A DNA stretch of 64,000 nt from Cenarchaeum sp. (GTDB taxonomy: Archaea; Thermoproteota; Nitrososphaeria; Nitrososphaerales; Nitrosopumilaceae): NCBI GenBank assembly GCA_965242695.1, contig CBDESU010000002.1:1504001-1568000 (forward strand), read 5' to 3'. This document shows positions 8,433-16,640 of the stretch, piece by piece (within the stretch, counting starts at the first letter, position 1; every line of letters starts with the position of its first letter). The translations under genes and the position numbers were made by a program. The notes beneath the pieces are model-generated. The model did no database searches. It was given only the letters and a program-made list of their open reading frames with translations, and was not told the origin of the DNA.

Positions 8433-10856
8433 ATGGGAGAGCCGGCAATATCGGCCAGGGCGTGGGACCCGTCGATCGAGCGCGGCATACTGGAGGAGTG
8501 GGAGAGGTCGGGCCTGCACCGCTTCGACCCGTCGGCGCCGGGCGAGGTGTTCACGATCGACACGCCCCCGCCATACCCGTCGGGGCGCCCGTGGCACATC
8601 GGGGCCGCCGCCCACTACTCCCAGATAGACATGATCGCCCGCACGGCCCGCATGCGCGGCCTCAACGTGTACTTTCCGATAGGGATAGACCGCAACGGCC
8701 TGCCCGTCGAGCTGTACACGGAGAAGAAGCACGGCATCCGCATGCGCGAGACCGACAGGGCCGAGTTCCTCCGCCTGTGCGCCGAGTCGCTCGACGAGCT
8801 AGAGGCCGAGATGGCCGAGATCATGCGCTCGCTCGGACTGAGCGGGGACGTGGCCGGGCGCTACCGCACGGACTCTGACGAGTACAGGGCCCTGACGCAG
8901 TCGACGTTCATCGACCTGTGGAACAGGGGGCTGGTGTACCTGGCGACGAGGCCGAACAACTACGACTGGGCGTCGGGCACGACGATCGCCGACGCCGAGA
9001 TCGCGTACGAGGAGCTGCCGACGGACCTGGTCCACATGCGCTTTTCGATCGAGGGCGAGCCGGGCAGGACGCTGCCCATCGCGAGCACGCGGCCCGAGCT
9101 GCTCTGCGCATGCCGCGCCGTCGTCGTCGCGCCGGGGGACGGGCGGCACGCGGGCCTGGCCGGCAGGCGCCGCGCCGTCGTGCCCCTGTACGGCAACGCA
9201 GTCGACATCGTGGAGCACCCGTCGGTTGACGCGTCGTTCGGCAGCGGAGCCGTCATGGTGAGCAGCTACGGCGACCGCAACGACGTGGCCCTGTTCCGCG
9301 AGCTCGGGCTCGAAGAGGTCGCCTCGGTCGGGCTCGACGGGCGCATGACGGGCGCGGCAGGCCCCTACGCGGGGCTGCGCCCAAAGCAGGCGCGCAAAAA
9401 GATCGTCGAGGACCTCGGCGCGGCGGGGCTGGTCGAGAGGGTCGAGGCGATACGCCACCGCACGCCCGTCTCGGAGCGCAGCAAGAACCCGATAGAGATC
9501 GTCCCGATGGAGGAGTACTACCTGAGGCAGACCGGCGCCGTGGAGCGGCTCAGGGGCCTGTCGTCGGGCGTGCGGTTCCACCCCGAGATGCACCGCGGCA
9601 TACTCGCAAACTGGCTCGACTCGGTGTCGATGGACTGGCCGATATCGAGGCGGCGGTACTACGGCACGGAGATACCCGTGTGGAGGTGCCGCGCGTGCGG
9701 CCGCGCCCACCTGCCCGAGCCCGGCCGGTACGTCCGGCCGTGGCGCGACCCGTGCCCAGCCGACGCCTGCGCGGGGTGCGGCTCGGCGGCGGGGTTCGAG
9801 GGCGAGCACCGCACGTTCGACACGTGGATGGACTCTAGCGTCTCGCCCCTGTTCGTGTGCGGGTACGGGCGCGACGAGGGTCTGTTCGCGGCGACGTACC
9901 CGGCCGCCGTGCGGCCGCAGGCAAAGGATATCGTGCGGACATGGCTGTACTATACGCTGCTCCGGTGCGACCAGCTGACGGGGAAGGCTCCGTGGTCTGC
10001 CGCCTGGATCATGGGGTACGGCCTCGACGAGCGGGGCGGCAAGATGAGCAAGAGCAAGGGCAACGCCATCGACCCACTGCCCGTAATACGGGACATCGGG
10101 GCCGACGCGTTCCGGTTCTGGAGCGCCGGCGAGGTCACGCACGGGTACGACTTTAGGTGCAACGTGCAAAAAATGGCCGCCTCCAAAAAGTTCCTCAGCA
10201 AGCTGTGGAACGTCTCGCGGTTCATATCGGGGTTTGGGGCGCCGGACGGCCTCGATGCGCGCGCGGCCGCCCCGGCGGGCGGAAGAGGGGACGCGGCCGG
10301 CATGCCCGCCGCAGACGCGTGGATACTCGGCGAGCTCGACTCGCTCGTACGCGAGTGCTCGGCGGGGTACGACGAGTACAACTTTTTCGTGCCCGCCGTG
10401 GCCGTGCGCGAGTTTACGTGGAACGTGTTCGCCGCGCACTACGTCGAGATGGTAAAGGCGCGCGCGTACGGCGACGGCTTTTCAGAGGCCGAGCGCGACT
10501 CGGCGGCGCGCACGCTGCACACCGTCCTGTCGACCGTACTGCGCCTGCTCGCCCCTATAGCGCCGTTCATAACGGAGCGGCTCTGGCAGGAGCTGTACGC
10601 CGGCGGGGGCGCCGGGGGCAGCATACACCGCGAGCGCCTGCCCGCGGCGGCCGCGTCGGGGCCGCCGGCGGGCGCCGCTGCGGCGACGGAGTCGATCGCC
10701 CGGTTCAACTCGCGCGTGTGGGCAGAAAAGAAGTCTAGGGGGCTGTCGCTGAAGGATGCGATCGAGATTGCCGTGCCGCCCGACTTGGAGGCCTTTTCAG
10801 GGGACCTTGCGGCGATGCACAACCTGGCGGGGGCCCGGGGCGGCGGCCCGCAGTGA
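8433..10856 (+). CDS. valS: valine--tRNA ligase
   Basis: IDTPPPYPSG, HIGA (HIGH), DWPISRRRYYG, FDTWMDSS, KMSKSKGN. Confidence 0.96.
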   Translation: MGEPAISARAWDPSIERGILEEWERSGLHRFDPSAPGEVFTIDTPPPYPSGRPWHIGAAAHYSQIDMIARTARMRGLNVYFPIGIDRNGLPVELYTEKKHGIRMRETDRAEFLRLCAESLDELEAEMAEIMRSLGLSGDVAGRYRTDSDEYRALTQSTFIDLWNRGLVYLATRPNNYDWASGTTIADAEIAYEELPTDLVHMRFSIEGEPGRTLPIASTRPELLCACRAVVVAPGDGRHAGLAGRRRAVVPLYGNAVDIVEHPSVDASFGSGAVMVSSYGDRNDVALFRELGLEEVASVGLDGRMTGAAGPYAGLRPKQARKKIVEDLGAAGLVERVEAIRHRTPVSERSKNPIEIVPMEEYYLRQTGAVERLRGLSSGVRFHPEMHRGILANWLDSVSMDWPISRRRYYGTEIPVWRCRACGRAHLPEPGRYVRPWRDPCPADACAGCGSAAGFEGEHRTFDTWMDSSVSPLFVCGYGRDEGLFAATYPAAVRPQAKDIVRTWLYYTLLRCDQLTGKAPWSAAWIMGYGLDERGGKMSKSKGNAIDPLPVIRDIGADAFRFWSAGEVTHGYDFRCNVQKMAASKKFLSKLWNVSRFISGFGAPDGLDARAAAPAGGRGDAAGMPAADAWILGELDSLVRECSAGYDEYNFFVPAVAVREFTWNVFAAHYVEMVKARAYGDGFSEAERDSAARTLHTVLSTVLRLLAPIAPFITERLWQELYAGGGAGGSIHRERLPAAAASGPPAGAAAATESIARFNSRVWAEKKSRGLSLKDAIEIAVPPDLEAFSGDLAAMHNLAGARGGGPQ

Positions 10857-10924
10857 TGCGCGGCCGCCGATGCCCCCTCCACACCCGCCATGTCTGGCAT
10901 GGATCTTACAACACGGCTTTTATT

Positions 10925-11305
10925 TCAAGCATGATTCCGGGATTCCCTGGCCAAAGTCATGACGGCGAGGGCCGCAGAGCCGGCGGCAAATATGTAGCTG
11001 TACGGGCTCTCTAGGATGACCAGTGCGGCACCCGACACGGTTGCAAATATGGCCTCTCCCAAAGCTGCATTGACCATGCGGTTGCGGCGAGGCGGTTTGA
11101 GGCGCTGCACACGTGCCCTCGTACCGGGAGCTAGTCGTATCATCTCCCCCCCGTCTATCCGTCCATCAAGATGACTGCCCCCGTGACCATGTTGTGAACG
11201 CCGTGTCTCTCTTATGCGTTCAAGCAACGGCTCCTTTTCGCTGTAACGCGACACGCACTCTGCCACATCGTCGCCTGGCAGTTCGGCCTCTTTTTTCCTA
11301 TCCAT
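10925..11305 (-). CDS. hypothetical protein with two C-terminal hydrophobic helices
   Basis: ATG 11305 overlaps the upstream stop by 8 nt; hydrophobic segments ALGEAIFATVSGAALVIL and YIFAAGSAALAVMTLA. Confidence 0.55.
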   Translation of the reverse strand: MDRKKEAELPGDDVAECVSRYSEKEPLLERIRETRRSQHGHGGSHLDGRIDGGEMIRLAPGTRARVQRLKPPRRNRMVNAALGEAIFATVSGAALVILESPYSYIFAAGSAALAVMTLARESRNHA

Positions 11306-11798
11306 TGCGATGTCCAACCACTCCATATTTTTCAAGATCGTTCCACGCGGCCTGGCACTGCTCCATGCTAAACTTTGGCTTTTTGTTTTTGACGAGCTCT
11401 AGAATTTCGCCCTTTTCGATATCTAGCCCATCAAGATAGCAGATCGACGAAGCTATCTCAAGCATCGTAGGATTGTCCTTCTTGTCGGCAAGGAACTCTT
11501 TGAACTCGAGGTAGCGGCGTTGAGCCTGCTCTGACTCTAATTCTATCGGTATTGTGGGCATGCTGGATGCGATCTCATCCATGGCATAGCCGTCGCTTGC
11601 AAGTGTCGGGCAGTACGCACTGTGCAGGTACCACTCGAACACGTAGCCGAGGTTCAGCCCGAATGACTGTAGGAGGAAGACGGTCTTTTGGAGGGTCAGG
11701 CGCCCCTTGAAGTTGCTCATGTCGAAGTTCCCGATGTCGTTGAGGATGGCGGCCATCTCGTACCGATCGAGTGCACTCCCTTGTGCCACCATGCCCAT
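11298..11798 (-). CDS. YwgA/SocA(DUF4065)-like putative antitoxin-fold protein
   Basis: GRLTLQKTVFLLQ..GLNLGYVFEWYLHSAYCPTL resembles the GRxxLQKxVY...FxWYxxGPYS pattern; also LEIASSICYL; lower GC than the flanks. Confidence 0.65.
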   Translation of the reverse strand: MGMVAQGSALDRYEMAAILNDIGNFDMSNFKGRLTLQKTVFLLQSFGLNLGYVFEWYLHSAYCPTLASDGYAMDEIASSMPTIPIELESEQAQRRYLEFKEFLADKKDNPTMLEIASSICYLDGLDIEKGEILELVKNKKPKFSMEQCQAAWNDLEKYGVVGHRNG

Positions 11799-12071
11799 GA
11801 CCTCTTTGGCAACGGGACGGCGGCACGGTTAATACCGTTTGCCATTCATAGCTAGGCGTAAGCACCGGACGACTGCATGAAGGGCGGCATGTGCTGGTTC
11901 GTCGCATTTGCCCTGCCTAGGCGCGCCGGGCATCTAGCGCAGATTGCCTGTAGTACCACCGTTTGCCCTCAGTCGCGCCTCTGCATCATGCCGTCGCAGT
12001 TTGGTACGATCTAGGGTGGCTCGGTGGGTGGTTGGAGGGGGGGGGGGGGAAGGGATGGGGTGGTCGCTTTT

Positions 12072-12437
12072 TCACGCTCCTCCGCGGATGCCGCCCTGCG
12101 CGGCCTGCCCCCACTTCCTGCCGACCCTCTCGAGGCGCGACTCGGGCCCCTCCGAGTAGTAGATCATGAACGGGTCCGCCCCGCTCGAGAGCAGGTAGCT
12201 CATGGCCCCGTCGCCGGCCTGGCTGATCTTCTCGACCGTGTAGACCGTGTCCCACTCGCCCCGCACGCCCTCATCGTCCTCTTCGCCGTCGACGATCCGC
12301 ACAAGGTCGCCGGGCCTGAACCTGAGGGCCGGCATCTCCGCGCGCCCGTACTCGGATCCGCACGACAGGCAGTGCATGGACCTCTTGCCGATCGACATGC
12401 TCGGGCTGCCGCACTCGATGCATATGCGGATGCCCAT
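12072..12437 (-). CDS. hypothetical Zn-ribbon protein
   Basis: CIECGS...CLSCGS followed by FRPGDLVRIV, a KOW/SH3-like start. Confidence 0.55.
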   Translation of the reverse strand: MGIRICIECGSPSMSIGKRSMHCLSCGSEYGRAEMPALRFRPGDLVRIVDGEEDDEGVRGEWDTVYTVEKISQAGDGAMSYLLSSGADPFMIYYSEGPESRLERVGRKWGQAAQGGIRGGA

Positions 12438-12700
12438 GTTTACGAGTGGCGCGGCGCTCCTGCCGCCGTCGTGCAAGCCGTCCATTGCGAGTCGGTTTTG
12501 AGCTGCCCTGCAGCTAATATGAACCCTGGCCGCGCGCCGCGCGTGGCGCCGGCCTCTGCGCCGATGGGGGGCCTGGGGGCGCGGCGGCGCCCTGCCTGCC
12601 GCCGTGCAGCAGGCGGAGGGGCGCCCGCGCGCAGCCGTTGTGCCTCCGCCCGCCCGCCCTCCCCGCAAGGCTTAACCGCCGCAAGCCGGCACGCGGGCGC

Positions 12701-12781
12701 GTGTACGACCTGTGGATCATGGCAGCCGCGGTGGGCGGCATCGTGGCGTACCTGCTCGTGCGGCGCCACCAGGAAGGCTAG
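12701..12781 (+). CDS. putative 26-aa single-pass membrane peptide
   Basis: GTG start, MYDLWIMAAAVGGIVAYLLVRRHQEG*; CTTAAC box at about 12671. Confidence 0.5.
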   Translation: MYDLWIMAAAVGGIVAYLLVRRHQEG

Positions 12782-12808
12782 CCGCCCCGGCGCCCCGGCG
12801 CGCCGCCC

Positions 12809-13444
12809 CTACGCGTCGGCCGCCTGCCTTACAATGTCGGCAAAGTACCCGTACAGGGCCGTAGCCGACCCGCCGCCGAGCTCGGGGTGGAACGACGTGC
12901 CGACGACGTTGCCCTGCCTGGCGGCCACTATCCGTGCGCCGAGCCGCGAGAGCTCGACGACGCCGGACCCTGCCTCTATGATGGCGGGCGACCGTATGAA
13001 CACGCCCCTGATCTTTGGTATGCCGCACGCCTCCATGGACAGGTCGGCCTCGAACGAGTCGCGCTGCCTGCCAAACGAGTTGCGCTCGACGGCGACGTCG
13101 AGCAGGCCGAGCAGCTGCTGGCCGGTCGGGCCGACGACCCTGTCCCGCGCGCTCTTTGCGAGCATGACCATCCCCGCGCACACGCCGAGGACGGGCATGC
13201 CGGCGAGCGCCCTCTCCTTGATCCTGTCGACCATGCCGCCGGCGAGCGCCATGCGCCCTATTACGGTGCTCTCGCCGCCGGGTATGACGAGCCCGTCGAT
13301 GCGATCGAGGCCGGCCGGCGTCGAGACGGCCGCGGCCGAGTCGCCCCTCCCGCCGCCGTTTCCTGCGCCGAGGCCGGCCCTGGAGGCGGCCACATTCTCT
13401 GCCACGTCGCCCTGCAGCCCGAGCACGCCGATCGACACCATCAT
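12809..13444 (-). CDS. pdxT: pyridoxal 5'-phosphate synthase glutaminase subunit
   Basis: [41 protein letters not shown]; ATGA overlap with pdxS. Confidence 0.96.
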   Translation of the reverse strand: MMVSIGVLGLQGDVAENVAASRAGLGAGNGGGRGDSAAAVSTPAGLDRIDGLVIPGGESTVIGRMALAGGMVDRIKERALAGMPVLGVCAGMVMLAKSARDRVVGPTGQQLLGLLDVAVERNSFGRQRDSFEADLSMEACGIPKIRGVFIRSPAIIEAGSGVVELSRLGARIVAARQGNVVGTSFHPELGGGSATALYGYFADIVRQAADA

Positions 13445-14439
13445 GCCCCGCCCCCGCGCTCCTGCATGCGCATCTCGGCCGCCTCGGCGTCGCCCAGGCC
13501 GAGCATCGAGCTTCGCTCGTCGACCATGCGCTGCGCCTCCATGACCTTTATCGCGTCTTCCCAGAACGTAGTTGCCATGACGACGGCCGTGGCGCGCTCC
13601 CTCGCATCGCCGGCCTTGAAGATGCCCGACCCGACGAACACGCCGTCGCAGCCGAGCGACATGAGGTGGGCCGCATCGGCGGGCGTTGCAATTCCGCCGG
13701 CGGCAAAGTTGACGACCGGCAGGCGGCCGAGCCGTCCGGTCTCCTCGGCCAGGTCGTACGAGACGCGCATCTCCCTGGCCAGCCTGGCCGTCTCTTGGCT
13801 GTCTCCGTCCGAGGCCGCCGCGCGCAGGGCCCGAAGCCCGTCGTTGACGAGCCGCATGTGCCGCACGGCCTCGGCGACGTTGCCCGTGCCTGGCTCTCCC
13901 TTTGTGCGGATCATGGCGGCCCCCTCCTCTATGCGGCGCAGCGCCTCGCCGAGCGAGCGGGCGCCGTTGACGAAGGGGGTCGTAAAGTCCCACTTCCAGA
14001 TGTGCCGCGACTCGTCGGCCGGCGTGAGGACCTCGGACTCGTCGATCATGTCGACGTCGCACTCCTGCAGGACGCGCGCCTCGTAGGTGTGACCGATGCG
14101 GCACTTTGCCATGACGGGGATCGTGACGGCGCCCATGATCTCGGATATGACGCGGGCGCCGGCCGTCCGGGCCACGCCGCCTGCCTTGCGCACGTCCGAC
14201 GGCAGCTTGTCCAGGACCATGACGGCCACGGCGCCGGCCTCCTCCGCAATGCCCGCCTGCTCGGCCGTCGTCACGTCCATGACGACGCCGTTCTTGAGCA
14301 TGTGAGCAAAGCCCCGCTTGAGCGTAGACGTGCCTCGCGTGGCGCCTGCCGGCCTGTCGGGCCCGCCGCCGGCCCCGCCTCCGTCGCCGGAGACCACGCC
14401 GCCTGCCGCCTTGTCCCTGCTGCCCGCAAGCGAGATCAT
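13441..14439 (-). CDS. pdxS: pyridoxal 5'-phosphate synthase lyase subunit
   Basis: [52 protein letters not shown]. Confidence 0.97.
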   Translation of the reverse strand: MISLAGSRDKAAGGVVSGDGGGAGGGPDRPAGATRGTSTLKRGFAHMLKNGVVMDVTTAEQAGIAEEAGAVAVMVLDKLPSDVRKAGGVARTAGARVISEIMGAVTIPVMAKCRIGHTYEARVLQECDVDMIDESEVLTPADESRHIWKWDFTTPFVNGARSLGEALRRIEEGAAMIRTKGEPGTGNVAEAVRHMRLVNDGLRALRAAASDGDSQETARLAREMRVSYDLAEETGRLGRLPVVNFAAGGIATPADAAHLMSLGCDGVFVGSGIFKAGDARERATAVVMATTFWEDAIKVMEAQRMVDERSSMLGLGDAEAAEMRMQERGGGA

Positions 14440-14460
14440 GCCAAGCCGCCCCTGCCCACA

Positions 14461-14988
14461 CTATTTGTACCTAATTCCGGCGCTAAGGTTGCCCATTATC
14501 ATGTCGAGCTCGCCGCCGACGGCCGTGACGATGGGCGGGACGAACGAGGCGGCGGCCCCCTGCTCGGGCCAGCTGACGCGGCTCGTCGCGCCGTTGAGCG
14601 TGACTTTTACCGAGTACTGCTCGTACCTTGTCGCGTTCGGAGCCGCCTCGAACGAGGATGCGATCGCCGCAAAGCCCGTCTCCTTTACCATGGCGGACAG
14701 GCGCCTGTGGCCGGCATCGTCGAGCCTTCCGGCGATCTCGGGGCGCGGCGAGCCGGCCTCGACTAGGACGTAGCGGAGGGCGCCGTCGTCGGCCACGGAG
14801 AGTATCTCGGTGCGCTCGGCGCCGGTCCGCCCGACGAGCCCGCCTGCGTGCGACACCCTCGCAAGCTCATGCTTTGTGTACTCTATGCTGATCCTGTCGG
14901 AGGGGATCGATGCGGACGGGGGCACCTCGGTCTGCGTGGCCAGGGGAACGGCGATCATGGCGGCGACGACGGCGGGTATGGCCGCCAT
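14461..14988 (-). CDS. hypothetical membrane-anchored/secreted protein
   Basis: Hydrophobic N-terminus followed by a globular-looking domain; start uncertain. Confidence 0.65.
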   Translation of the reverse strand: MAAIPAVVAAMIAVPLATQTEVPPSASIPSDRISIEYTKHELARVSHAGGLVGRTGAERTEILSVADDGALRYVLVEAGSPRPEIAGRLDDAGHRRLSAMVKETGFAAIASSFEAAPNATRYEQYSVKVTLNGATSRVSWPEQGAAASFVPPIVTAVGGELDMIMGNLSAGIRYK

Positions 14989-15307
14989 TGCGATTGTAAC
15001 GGGGCGTACCGTCCTGCTCTACCTCCTGCGGCGCGCCCGGGGCGCCGTGTCAATAAAGCTTGGGCGTGCGCCGACCGCTGGGGCCCCCAGCGGGGAGTTG
15101 ACACGGAGCCGGCAAGGCGGGAGGCGGGGGCGCCGACCTTGATGCCGTATCTGCCCACCTCGATGCCATGATGTATTCCTTGCGGGGCGCGTCAACTACT
15201 GCGCCAGGCGCGTGGCTCTCGTCTCTCACGTGCCTGTCCTAGACGATTAAGTTGGTAATCACGCTGCCGAGTTTTTCAAAGACTGGCGGCAAGGTATTTT
15301 TAAGCAC

Positions 15308-15319
15308 TTATATTTAAAA
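15308..15319 (+). promoter_or_regulatory. TATA box of the HNH gene
   Basis: TTATATTTAAAA 20-30 nt upstream of ATG 15339. Confidence 0.6.
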
Positions 15320-15338
15320 GCGAAATTATAAGTAGGGC

Positions 15339-16282
15339 ATGCCTAGCCGGGACTCAAAACGGCTCGCTACCCCGTTAAACTGCCAGATGCAGTTTGGTTA
15401 GCAACGGCCACACTGCACCGCGACTCCAAAACTGACGCAACATTTTCTACAAGAGAGATACGTGACGAAGTCATATCACAAGAAGTCCAAAGCAGCAAAC
15501 ACGATCGCTCAATCACAGATTCTATCACCAGTGACTGTGTGGCTCGACTTGAGGCCAAGAAGCGCCGCACACACTGTAAACTACACCAGAAAAAACGCGG
15601 GGACAAATACCGGCTGTGGCGACCGGGAGATCCCTGCCACTCTTCCAGGGAGGGCTCGCCAGTAGAACCGGACAAGCAGTTTCTCCCGCCAGAATTTCAA
15701 TACTACATCGATTGGTATCGCGATGACTATTGCGGAGAAAAAATGCCCATGCCGTTGAGTGCCCGTGACGCCTCTGCTCGTGTTGGCGCACAGATCGGCC
15801 GGATGGAAGCAAACTCTTCGGACAACATCGGTGTAGGCAATCGAAACGGCCGTGTGGGACAGGGTTCGGTCGGCATGGTGGACCTTTTAAAGATAAAAAG
15901 TGGTCCGCCGCCTTGGACGAACGAGGTCGTAACGCGGGCCGTGAGGGACACGTCAAAGGTACACTCCCTGAAGAATTTGTACCAAGACAAGTGCCAAGTG
16001 TGCGGGTACACGATACAGGTCACGGCGGATCGCAGGTACAGTGAGGCACACCATCTCCGCCCGCTCGGTAGCGGCGGCGATGATGACTATGACAACATGC
16101 TTGTCCTGTGCCCCACGCACCATGTCGAATTTGACTGTGCCGTTCTTGGCGTGTCTGCGGACGGCCGCAGGGCGGTCGACAGGAATGGCAAGGAGCGGGC
16201 GCTGGCAGTGCTGTCGGGACACTCGCTTGCTCCTAAGAACATCGAATTCCACCTAAGCAGGATGGCCTTGTCGCGAGTCTAG
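15339..16282 (+). CDS. McrA-like HNH endonuclease, apparent frameshift after about codon 7
   Basis: C-terminal LYQDKCQVCG...EAHHLRPL..DNMLVLCPTHH. The long frame is open from 15347, but the promoter-proximal ATG 15339 is in another frame. Low GC. Confidence 0.8.
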
Positions 16283-16449
16283 ATGTCCTCCGCCTGGGGT
16301 GGCGGTACGGCCGACCGTGGGCAGGCTGTGCGACGATCCCTAGGTTCAGGGAACCGCGTAAGCATGCAAGGGCACGGATCTCCCTTCACGGGCCGCGGCA
16401 TGTGCCCGTCCACTAGGTTAAAATCACCCCCCGCTCCGCCGCCCCCCGT

Positions 16450-16593
16450 GGGGTCGTAGCCTAGCCTGGTAGGGCGACAGTGACCAAGTCACCGCAAGGG
16501 GCTCCAGAGGTCAACAAGCTGCTGACGCAAGGATGATGTGAGTTTGGAGCTGCAGTGACCCGTAGGTCGCCGGTTCGATTCCGGTCGGCCCCA
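16450..16593 (+). tRNA. trnW: tRNA-Trp(CCA) with two introns (16479-16498 at 28/29; 16508-16557 at 37/38)
   Basis: Acceptor GGGGTCG/CGGCCCC-A, D arm GCCT/GGGC, T arm GCCGG-TTCGATT-CCGGT. Removing both inserts gives ACGGG-CT-CCA-GA-CCCGT (74 nt). TTAAAA promoter at 16418. Confidence 0.9.
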
Positions 16594-16640
16594 CATTCTC
16601 CTCACCGCGCGCGGGCGGCCGCCGCACGCCGCATGCGCCG

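Noticed and set aside
15100-16640. Provirus or integrated element at tRNA-Trp
   Set aside because: I found no integrase and no duplicated tRNA fragment (att site) in the window.
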